Shown here: one piece after another, positions 26,846-35,055 of the stretch
Layout: each line of letters starts with the position of its first letter
How positions within the stretch are numbered: the first letter of the stretch is position 1
Assembly: GCA_965223795.1 (NCBI GenBank)
Contig: CBDCXL010000002.1
Coordinates: 288,001 to 352,000, forward strand
Direction of reading: 5' to 3'
DNA length: 64,000 bases
DNA from: Nitrospinales bacterium
GTDB taxonomy: Bacteria; Nitrospinota; Nitrospinia; Nitrospinales; VA-1
The notes under the pieces: model-generated
What the model saw: only the letters and a program-made list of their open reading frames with translations
Databases searched by the model: none
Told to the model about the DNA's origin: nothing
Made by a program: the position numbers and the translations under genes

Positions 26846-27499
26846 TCAATAGGACCGGCGCACTTCGAATTTTTTGTCGAGGATTTCCTTTTTCGCGGCC
26901 TTCGCGAGCGCCTGCAATCCCGCGAGCGCCTGCGCCCCGGCCGCTTCGGGTTCGGGCGCAGCGCCTGCACTGACTTTAAGAAACCGTTCATCAGAAGGAA
27001 GCGCCAGCATGCGGTTCTGTTTCGTGAGATACACCAGCCCGCGTGTGTGAAAGGTCCATTTTTCGTCCCCGGCCCGGATCTCACGCCTGTAGATCAAAAG
27101 CATGTCTTCCTTGAACTCTTTGGCCAGCTCCCTGAGCACCGGGCGGGTGACGGGGCCGCGCACGGCGTCTCCCAGCGTCGCGGGGTTGATGCGCACCGGG
27201 TCCGCCTTGGCCAGGGTGGACTTGACCGCCTCCGGATCTTCGAGCACCGCGTTCAACGCGTCCACCTGCGGGGACGGTGCAGTGCCGTCGTCGAATTTTT
27301 TCTGCTCCCCTGCAAAAAAGAAAAACCGTCCCTGCTGCGGACGGTTTTCGAGGACTTTCATCGACTTGGGAAACACCAGGCCTTTAATGGACAGGTCGGA
27401 TTTCTTCTTCAGCAACAGGTCGTCGTACGCGCCTGCGGAATGCGCGGCGGCGAACAGCGCGATGACCAAGGCCAAAACAACGATCCAGTTTTTTTTCAT
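26846..27499 (-). CDS. Hypothetical exported protein
   Basis: GAGG RBS; Sec signal MKKNWIVVLALVIALFAAAHSAGA; alpha/beta body. Confidence 0.8.
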   Translation of the reverse strand: MKKNWIVVLALVIALFAAAHSAGAYDDLLLKKKSDLSIKGLVFPKSMKVLENRPQQGRFFFFAGEQKKFDDGTAPSPQVDALNAVLEDPEAVKSTLAKADPVRINPATLGDAVRGPVTRPVLRELAKEFKEDMLLIYRREIRAGDEKWTFHTRGLVYLTKQNRMLALPSDERFLKVSAGAAPEPEAAGAQALAGLQALAKAAKKEILDKKFEVRRSY

Positions 27500-27683
27500 G
27501 GCTGCCTTCCTCAAGGGTCAATGATCCGCGGCGCTTCGGAACGTTCCAGGCAGTGTCGCCCTAATAGGCGCATCCTCATTTGTGGCAATCCATCGATGTG
27601 GAGTAATATGGGTATCATATCAGACCGTCTTGCGGAAGCAAAGAACCGCTTGATCGAAGCGGGAGTTCATTCAGGATTTCATC

Positions 27684-28475
27684 GTGCCGCCATCTTCAAA
27701 CATCGTGCTCATCACGGGCAGCGCCGCGCGCCACCGCTATTTTGTGGACTGTCTAAACGCGAAGTTTCGCATCGCGGCGGTTTGGACGGAAGCGTTCCCC
27801 TACCCCGCTCCCGTTTTCGCATCGCGCGAGGAACGGGAGGCCTGGGACTGGTACTTTTCGCGCCGCGAAGCACACGAAGCGCGCATCCTCAAAAGCGGAC
27901 GGATGGGTCCCGCACTCAACGAACCGGAACGCCACGCGCTCACATCCGGAGAACTCAACGCGCCGCAAACACTGGAGGCGGTCGCGGCCCTGCAGCCGGG
28001 CTTCATCGCCCTGTTCGGAACCAGCCTTGTGGGTCCGGCGTTTCGCCATCGCTTCCCGGACCGGATTCACAACCTGCATGTGGGAAGGCCGGCGCACTAC
28101 CGGGGCTCCTCCTGCAATTTCTGGCCGATCCACGACAGCCGGCTCGAATGCCTGGGAGCCTCGGTGCACCGGGTCGATGCGGGCATCGATACCGGCGCGG
28201 TGCTGGCGGAATCGGCCATCGCCCTGGAAGAATCGGACGATGAACAAACGTTGAGCGCCAAGCCGTGGGTGCGGGGAACGGAACTGATGGCGGAGGTGAT
28301 CGCGCAGTGGCTTACGGGAAAGACTCTGAACGCGCTGCCGCAAAGCGCAAAAGGCAGGCTTTGCCGGATGCAGGATTTCACGCCGCAGGCGGTGCTGAAA
28401 GTGAGACGGAGGGTGGAATCGGGTGGATTGAAACAGGAAATCGCCGCCTGTCTCAGAGCGGGAAAGGCAGACTGA
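27684..28475 (+). CDS. Formyltransferase-domain protein
   Basis: HNLHVGRPAHYRGSS and GASVHRVDAGIDTGAVL match the formyl_trans_N signature. Confidence 0.85.
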   Translation: MPPSSNIVLITGSAARHRYFVDCLNAKFRIAAVWTEAFPYPAPVFASREEREAWDWYFSRREAHEARILKSGRMGPALNEPERHALTSGELNAPQTLEAVAALQPGFIALFGTSLVGPAFRHRFPDRIHNLHVGRPAHYRGSSCNFWPIHDSRLECLGASVHRVDAGIDTGAVLAESAIALEESDDEQTLSAKPWVRGTELMAEVIAQWLTGKTLNALPQSAKGRLCRMQDFTPQAVLKVRRRVESGGLKQEIAACLRAGKAD

Positions 28476-28486
28476 CGGAACGGGTC

Positions 28487-29521
28487 TCAGCCGTTGCGGA
28501 CCAGGCGGACGCTCATGGTGACGTTGTTGTAGTTTTTCATCTCGGTTTTGCTGAACCCGCCGACGAAAAAGAACAGCTTGGCGGAGTCGAGCCCCACCTC
28601 TTCCTGGGTCCAGTAGGCGTAGCCGCCCCCCGGCTCGAAGGCCTCGGGATAACCCAGCGGCACACTTTTCTTGCGGTCAAAAGCCTGCTGCTTGCTCTGG
28701 GGATCGTAGCTGGACTGGTACTCGTCCGGCGTGGGAATTCTCCAGTCGGCGAAGCCGCCGTAACGCTCGCGGTTCATTTTCTTAGCCCAGTCCATCGCTT
28801 CCTGCCAGCTGTCCGGCTGGCGTCTCTCGATGTTTCTGAAGTCCCGCGTCATCCAGATGAGGTTGTGTTTGGGGTCGAGCGCGGTGCCGTTTTCGTACAG
28901 CTCCCAGCCGTTGACGATCGTTCTTTCTGCGCGGATGGACCGGTTCAACTGCCAGGCTTTGAAGAATTCAAACAGCGCGAATCCCGCGACCAGAACCAGA
29001 ATCGCCACCACCAGATACTTGCGCGTCTTGTTCAGGCTGTCGATTTTTGAATCGAGCTGTTTGGAGGCATCGGCCAGCTCGGCTTTTTCCTGATTGAGCT
29101 TGCCGCACTCGCCTTCCAGGGCCTTGAGCTTGAGATTTTTCTCGTAGCGCTCGATCCCGGCCTGGATGGTTTTCTGCACCAGCTTGAAATCCAGCGGTTT
29201 TTTCAGATAGCGGAAAGCCTCGCCCTTGTTGACGATGTCCTCGATGAGCTGGGCGTCGTAATACGCCGTCATGAGAATGCGCACGGTTTCCGGGCAGATG
29301 GCTTTCAACTTCTTGAAAAACTCGGTCCCCTTCATGCTGGGCATGCGGTTGTCCGAAATCACGACGGAAAAAGGCCCCTTATCCTCCAGCATGCCCAGCG
29401 CCTCATCGACGTTACCGGTGGTCACCACTTCGTAGTTTTGACCGGCCAGCATCTTGCGGGCAACGGTGAGAATCTTCTTCTCGTCATCGACGATCATCAC
29501 TCTCGCTTTTGCAGCTGCCAT
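28487..29521 (-). CDS. Response-regulator receiver + coiled coil + TM + DUF1566 (Lcl-type) domain protein
   Basis: REC: IVDDE, VISDNRMP, ILMTAY, YLKKP. TM: YLVVAILVLVAGFALF. DUF1566: NGTALDPKHNLIW, SWQEAMDWA, GGFADWRIPT..E, YWT, VRLVR. Confidence 0.88.
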   Translation of the reverse strand: MAAAKARVMIVDDEKKILTVARKMLAGQNYEVVTTGNVDEALGMLEDKGPFSVVISDNRMPSMKGTEFFKKLKAICPETVRILMTAYYDAQLIEDIVNKGEAFRYLKKPLDFKLVQKTIQAGIERYEKNLKLKALEGECGKLNQEKAELADASKQLDSKIDSLNKTRKYLVVAILVLVAGFALFEFFKAWQLNRSIRAERTIVNGWELYENGTALDPKHNLIWMTRDFRNIERRQPDSWQEAMDWAKKMNRERYGGFADWRIPTPDEYQSSYDPQSKQQAFDRKKSVPLGYPEAFEPGGGYAYWTQEEVGLDSAKLFFFVGGFSKTEMKNYNNVTMSVRLVRNG

Positions 29522-29685
29522 GTACCTGTGATCCTGAAAATTGTTAATCCGTTAAAATCCAGCGTTCGCCCTTGAAAAATTCGTCCGATGCTTTGGGATC
29601 GTCTGCAACAAATTCATAAAAAGAATGTTACTGTTAATATAGTACAAAGAAGGAAACTCTATGTAAAGTATTAAATTCCTGCGGA

Positions 29686-31983
29686 TTATCTGCCCTTCCC
29701 GGAAGCGGATTTCGCGCCGATCAGCTCACGGATTTTACCCAGAAGCTCGATACGGGTGTAATCCCCTTTCTGGAATACGTGATCGACTTCCAGGTCCAGC
29801 CTTTCCAGCTCGGGCTTGGAGAGTTCTTTGGCGGTGAGAACGATGACGGGGATGTCCTTTTTCAGCCCGTTGCCGTGAAAATGGGACAGAAATTCGAAGC
29901 CGTTGAATTCGGGCATGACCAGATCGAGCAGGATCAGTTCCGGGTTTTCGGATTCCAGGATTTTCAGCGCCGAGCCGCCGTCGAGCGCTTCCATCACCTT
30001 CCACCCTTCCTTGTTCAGCAGCCGCGACAGAGCGCCTCGGTTGGTCAGATCGTCTTCGACCACGAGGATCGTGTGGGACGCGACCGGCGCTCCTTTCATC
30101 CTGAGAATCGCGCCGATGAAATGATCCCAGTCGAGGGGCTTGGTCATGAATTCCGTGGCGCCGCTCTGCATGGCTTTTTCCCGTTCGTCGAGCATGGTGA
30201 GCATCATGACGGGAATCGGCGCCAGGTCCGGATCGCTTTTCAGCTGCGCCAGCACCGCCCAGCCGTCCATTTCCGGCATCATCACGTCGAGAGTGATGAC
30301 GTCGGGTTTCGTTTCCCTGGCTTTGCGCAGCCCTTCGAGACCGTTTTCGGCGGTGTCCACGATGAACCCGGCTTTTTCAAGAAAGCGCTCGATGAGATCG
30401 CGGATGGCCGGGTCGTCGTCCACGGCGAGGACGCGGATGCCGTTGCTCGGCAGGGTCACGGATGATTCGCGGGACCGTTCCGCCGCTTTCGGGGGTTCGG
30501 GTGCGGACGGGCTTTGCGGATGTTCCTCCGCCACGCTGCTGTCAGCCATTTCGGGCACATCGCCGGAGGGGACGCCCGGTTGCGTCGCGTCGGCGGGAAG
30601 CGTGACGGTGAAAACGGATCCCTTGCCCAGTTCGCTGTTGACTTCGATGTCGCCGCCGAGGATCTGACACAGCCTGCGGCTGATCGCCAGCCCCAGTCCA
30701 GTGCCGCCGTACTTGCGCGTGGTGGCGGGTTCGCCCTGGGTGAATTCGAGAAACAGGCTGGATATATTTTCCGGACGGATGCCGATGCCGGTGTCGCTCA
30801 CCGCGAACACGACGCTGTCCGTTCCGGAACCGCCGCGGCTCGAAACCTTGAGGGTGATCATTCCGTCCTCGGTGAACTTGCAGGCGTTGCTGAGCAGGTT
30901 CAACAGCACCTGCCGCAGCCGGGCCTGGTCGGAAAACATCGATTCGACCGATCCCTGGTAAGTCACGTTGAGGGTGTTGCGGTTCTTGCGCGCCAGCGGG
31001 CGGATGGTGGCCATCACATCCTCGATCATGGTGTTGACGCGGAAGGACTCGAAGTCGACTTCCATCATGCCGGCCTGGATTTTGGAAAGGTCCAGGATGT
31101 CGTTGAGCAGCACCAGAAGGTGATTGCCCGAGGATTCGATCGACTTGAGGTCGTCGCAGTACTCCTGCCGGCCGAGTTTTTTCAATTCGTATTGCAAAAT
31201 CTCGCAGTAGCCCAAAATGGCGTTCAACGGCGTGCGGAATTCATGGCTGATGTTGGCGATGAAATCGCTCTTCACCCGCGCCGCGGCTTCGGCTTCCTCC
31301 TTCGCCACCATCAGCGACTCTTCGGCCAGCCTGCGGTAAGCGATTTCCTGCTTCAGCTCCTGGGTCTGCTTTTCCAGATCCTCGGTGCGCTTTTTAACGA
31401 TGCCTTCCAGGTTTCTGTTCTGGTCGGAGATCAATTTGTAGAGCGCCGCCGATTCCAGGGCGTGCGCGGTGTTCTGCAAAATGATGGACAGCGGATTGAG
31501 AATGGAATCGTTTATATTTTTGTCTTCCCGCTTGAGGATGCCCGCGAACATGCCGCGGACCCGGGTCTTGGTGGCCAGGACGTGCAGGATCAGCGATTTG
31601 CTGTACACCCTGGACCGCACCACAACGGGACGGTTCTGGTTGACCGCCCAGGAAAACCCGCCGCTTTCGATCTGCTGGTTGATTTCGTTTTCGATGCGCG
31701 TTTTTTCTTCAGGCGGATCGACTTCGGAGACGACGAAATTGGAATCCTCCTCTTCCACCTGGAAAAACGCCATCACCTGAAAATCCAGCAGGCGCTTGAG
31801 GTGGTCGCGGGAAAGGAACAGGATGCGTGAAATATCGCACGCGAGGGTGGCGTCGTGCTGGGCTTCTCCGAGAGAGGCCAGCAGGTTCATGCCGTAGAGA
31901 TTGGACTGAGCCAGCTTCTCCAGATATTGAATCCGGACTTCAGGCTTGCGTCTGGGTTCGGCGGGTTCCCATTTTTTTACCAT
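29686..31983 (-). CDS. Cytoplasmic hybrid histidine kinase (GAF-like, HisKA, HATPase, two REC)
   Basis: FIANISHEFRTPLNAILG; LRQVLLNLLSNACKFT; DTGIGI; GGTGLGLAI; two receiver domains (TLDVMMP, LLDLVMP). Confidence 0.95.
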   Translation of the reverse strand: MVKKWEPAEPRRKPEVRIQYLEKLAQSNLYGMNLLASLGEAQHDATLACDISRILFLSRDHLKRLLDFQVMAFFQVEEEDSNFVVSEVDPPEEKTRIENEINQQIESGGFSWAVNQNRPVVVRSRVYSKSLILHVLATKTRVRGMFAGILKREDKNINDSILNPLSIILQNTAHALESAALYKLISDQNRNLEGIVKKRTEDLEKQTQELKQEIAYRRLAEESLMVAKEEAEAAARVKSDFIANISHEFRTPLNAILGYCEILQYELKKLGRQEYCDDLKSIESSGNHLLVLLNDILDLSKIQAGMMEVDFESFRVNTMIEDVMATIRPLARKNRNTLNVTYQGSVESMFSDQARLRQVLLNLLSNACKFTEDGMITLKVSSRGGSGTDSVVFAVSDTGIGIRPENISSLFLEFTQGEPATTRKYGGTGLGLAISRRLCQILGGDIEVNSELGKGSVFTVTLPADATQPGVPSGDVPEMADSSVAEEHPQSPSAPEPPKAAERSRESSVTLPSNGIRVLAVDDDPAIRDLIERFLEKAGFIVDTAENGLEGLRKARETKPDVITLDVMMPEMDGWAVLAQLKSDPDLAPIPVMMLTMLDEREKAMQSGATEFMTKPLDWDHFIGAILRMKGAPVASHTILVVEDDLTNRGALSRLLNKEGWKVMEALDGGSALKILESENPELILLDLVMPEFNGFEFLSHFHGNGLKKDIPVIVLTAKELSKPELERLDLEVDHVFQKGDYTRIELLGKIRELIGAKSASGKGR

Positions 31984-31991
31984 GAACGCAC

Positions 31992-32831
31992 CTAGATGAA
32001 GATGTTGATCACCTCATCGACCTGCCGGTCGACCTGAGCAAGGATGGACGACAGCAGGCTGGAAGGCAGACCGACGGTTTCCCATGCCTTCGTGTCCAGG
32101 GGAGGAACGCTGTGTTCCCCGCTGGACCCGATCTCCAGCGCGTGCGCGAGGATGTCGCCCAGATGCGAGATGGAGGCTTCGACCGTGTATTTTCCCGCCT
32201 CTGCGGGACGGTGGTGATACTGGACCGCGTGCACCAGGCATTCGGGCAGGTTCCATTTTTTCATCAGCGCCCCGCCGACGTCCGAATGGTCCAGTCCCAG
32301 CACATCGCGTTCGGCCTGGTACAACAGGGTTCCCTTTTCGTAACGCTCGAACACTTTGCCCATTTCTTCGGGCACGGAGATGTACAGCAGAAGCCGGCCC
32401 ACATCGTGCAGCAGACCGGTCAGGTAATAGCGTTCGGGGTTGGATTCGTTGCGGTACACCGACACCACTCTTGCGGCGAGGCCCGAGGCGATGCTGTGGC
32501 ACCAGAACGACTGCATGTCCACCACGTCGCGGGGAACGCCCTTGAAGCTGCTGACGACGGACGTCGCGAGCGCCAGATCGCGAAGCTGCGCCATGCCCAC
32601 GATGGTCACGGCGTGCGTGATGGTTTCGATCTGCGATGAAAACCCGAAATACGAACTGTTCACCAGACGCAGCAGCCTTGCGGACAGCGAGGAATCGTTG
32701 CTGATGATCTGGCCCAAATGGGCGAACGAGGTCTCCGGATTTTCAACCGCCTCGTTGATCTGATAAAAAATCGAAGGCAGGGAGGCCAGCTCCACGGACC
32801 CTTCGATCAGATCTTCGACTGCATGTGCCAT
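31992..32831 (-). CDS. HDOD-domain protein
   Basis: LASLPSI...DSSLSARLLRLVNS...AVTIVG...FWCHSI...GLLHDVGRL...DHSDVGGALMKKWNLP...YHH. Confidence 0.93.
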   Translation of the reverse strand: MAHAVEDLIEGSVELASLPSIFYQINEAVENPETSFAHLGQIISNDSSLSARLLRLVNSSYFGFSSQIETITHAVTIVGMAQLRDLALATSVVSSFKGVPRDVVDMQSFWCHSIASGLAARVVSVYRNESNPERYYLTGLLHDVGRLLLYISVPEEMGKVFERYEKGTLLYQAERDVLGLDHSDVGGALMKKWNLPECLVHAVQYHHRPAEAGKYTVEASISHLGDILAHALEIGSSGEHSVPPLDTKAWETVGLPSSLLSSILAQVDRQVDEVINIFI

Positions 32832-32834
32832 GAA

Positions 32835-33173
32835 TCACCCCTCTTTGCGGGATTCGACTTTCCGCAGAATGCAAAGGTCCACCAGTTCCATGATCGCCGG
32901 ATGGCGCCGGTCGTTGTAACGGAACAGGACGTCGATTTCGTTTTGAATGTCCTCGGGAACCACGTCGGGCTTAATGCCCAAAGACAGATTCGGACTGGTT
33001 TCCTCGGCGATCAGCTCGACGTCCACCTCGGTGATGCCCCAGGCTTTGAACGTGCGGATGTGTTTCGCCGTGACCTCGTGGCCGGACGTCAATAGCAGCC
33101 TGCCGGTGCGGTCCACCACGTTTTTCTCCAGGACCATTCCCGGTTTGAGTTTGTTGATCCGGATCACCGCCAT
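32835..33173 (-). CDS. Small protein resembling the DUF3391-type N-terminal domain of HD-GYP proteins
   Basis: IRINKLKPGMVLEKNV.DRTGRLLL.SG.EVT.KHI..FK.WGI.EV. Confidence 0.75.
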   Translation of the reverse strand: MAVIRINKLKPGMVLEKNVVDRTGRLLLTSGHEVTAKHIRTFKAWGITEVDVELIAEETSPNLSLGIKPDVVPEDIQNEIDVLFRYNDRRHPAIMELVDLCILRKVESRKEG

Positions 33174-33800
33174 GCGCGGGGCTTCCTTATATAAATGAGG
33201 ATTTATGAAGAGGTTGGGTGTGAGCCGGGTTTTTGCGGCCTGTTTCGCGACAATGCCTGCCCCCAGTACAGAAATCCTCCCTCATTATCACCTATTTTAG
33301 CAAAAACCACTGAAATTCAAGTCTAACACACTCGCCTTTGGATTGGAATATACTCTTAATTTTTAATACTTTATCCACAAATCACGGCGGTTGCGGCGGC
33401 GCTTTGGCAAATCCGGCGAGCGCCTTGAAAAACCCCTGCATGAGGCTCCCCCCGCCCCGGCCCCGTTCCCCGGAACTCCTTTTTAATAAAAGCGTATCCC
33501 GGTCCTGTCCGGCGGCCCCCGGCCGCAAATGAGGGCAGACGGCGGGAAAGCCGCCGCGAAGGATGGAAAATGCCCAACGTATCGGTTATAGTTGCGCGAC
33601 CCCCCCATGACGTTTTCGATTCCGGCGACCGAAACCCCGGAAAACGGGTGCTTTTTGCTTTGGTTTGCCCTCATTCGGTCGATAAGTCTTGTGATGCCAT
33701 CATGCGGAGCAGTTTGCCGTCCGCCAGGGCTCCCGGGGCTGTGGCACCGTTTCCAGGGCGTATGAGGGTTTTCAAACAGCTCGACTGCGGGAGAGGAACA

Positions 33801-35033
33801 ATGGAAAAAGAGATTACGGCTCTTGGAGACAGCGGCGACGTCCTGTTCATGATGCTGGGTGCGGTCATGGTCTTTGCCATGCACGGAGGATTCGCGTTTC
33901 TGGAAGTGGGAACGGTCCGGAAGAAAAATCAGGTCAACGCGCTGGTGAAAATCCTGGTGGATTTCGCGGTGTCCACCGTCATTTATTTTCTCATCGGCTA
34001 TTCGATCGCCTACGGCATCTATTTTTACCAGTCGGCAACCGGACTGGTGGCGGAAAAGCAGGGCTACGAACTGGTGCACTTCTTCTTTCTGCTCACCTTC
34101 GCGGCGGCGATCCCGGCCATCATTTCCGGCGGCATCGCGGAACGGGCCAAGTTCTGGACGCAGGTCTTGGCGGCGGCCATCTTCGTGGCCTTCATCTACC
34201 CGTTGTTCGAGGGCATGGTCTGGGGCCGGATCACTTTTCTCGGGCAGGACGGCTCCTGGCTCGCCGGGATTTCCGGCGGCGTGCCCTTTCACGATTACGC
34301 GGGATCGGTGGTGGTGCACTCGGTGGGCGGCTGGATCGCCCTGGCCGGCGTCTACGTGCTCGGCCCGCGCCTGGGGCGCTGGGATTCCAAGGGCAGAAGC
34401 CGGCCGATTCCGGTGAGCAACGTGCCGTTCCTCGCGCTCGGCAGCTGGATGCTGTGCGTCGGCTGGTTCGGCTTCAACGTCATGTCGGCGGCGACGCTCG
34501 ACGCCATCTCGGGACTCGTCGCCATGAACTCGCTGTTCGCCATGGCCGGCGGCATCCTGGTGGCGCTGGTGATCTCGAAAAACGATCCGGGATTCATCCA
34601 CAACGGCGCGCTCGCGGGCCTGGTGGCGATCTGTGCCGGATCGGACGTGGTGCATCCCATCGGTGCGTTCGTCATCGGCGGCATCGCGGCGGTGATCTTC
34701 GTCAAGGGATTCACCTGGGAACAGGAAAAACTCAAACTCGACGACGTGCTCGGCGTGTGGCCGCTGCACGGCATCTCCGGCACCTGGGGCGGCATCGCCT
34801 GCGGCATCTTCGGTCAGGAAGCGCTCGGCGGCCTGGGCGGCGTCAGTTTCGTGGCGCAGACCGTGGGCTCGCTGATCGCCATCGTCATCGCGGCAGGACT
34901 GGGATTCGTGGTCTACAAAGTGCTGGATTCGATGTTCGGCATCCGGCTCTCTCCCGAAGAGGAAGGCCAGGGCTCCGACCTTTCGATCCACAAACTGGGC
35001 TCCTATCCCGAGGAAGGCACCACCCGGTTCTGA
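33801..35033 (+). CDS. amt: Ammonium transporter (Amt family)
   Basis: GAGAGG RBS; MHGGFAFLEVG, ISGGIAER, HDYAGSVVVH, GWFGFN and DDVLGVWPLHG (both pore His present); about 11 TM helices. Confidence 0.95.
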   Translation: MEKEITALGDSGDVLFMMLGAVMVFAMHGGFAFLEVGTVRKKNQVNALVKILVDFAVSTVIYFLIGYSIAYGIYFYQSATGLVAEKQGYELVHFFFLLTFAAAIPAIISGGIAERAKFWTQVLAAAIFVAFIYPLFEGMVWGRITFLGQDGSWLAGISGGVPFHDYAGSVVVHSVGGWIALAGVYVLGPRLGRWDSKGRSRPIPVSNVPFLALGSWMLCVGWFGFNVMSAATLDAISGLVAMNSLFAMAGGILVALVISKNDPGFIHNGALAGLVAICAGSDVVHPIGAFVIGGIAAVIFVKGFTWEQEKLKLDDVLGVWPLHGISGTWGGIACGIFGQEALGGLGGVSFVAQTVGSLIAIVIAAGLGFVVYKVLDSMFGIRLSPEEEGQGSDLSIHKLGSYPEEGTTRF

Positions 35034-35055
35034 GTCCACCGCGACAGAAAGGAAT

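Noticed and set aside
33371..33379. Perfect DnaA box TTATCCACA in a long intergenic region
   Set aside because: Single box; I saw no cluster, DUE repeats or dnaA/dnaN/gidA context, so it is not called oriC.
33742..33757. TGGCAC upstream of amt as a sigma54 promoter
   Set aside because: The -12 GC is missing at the required spacing (TGGCACCGTTTCCAGG).
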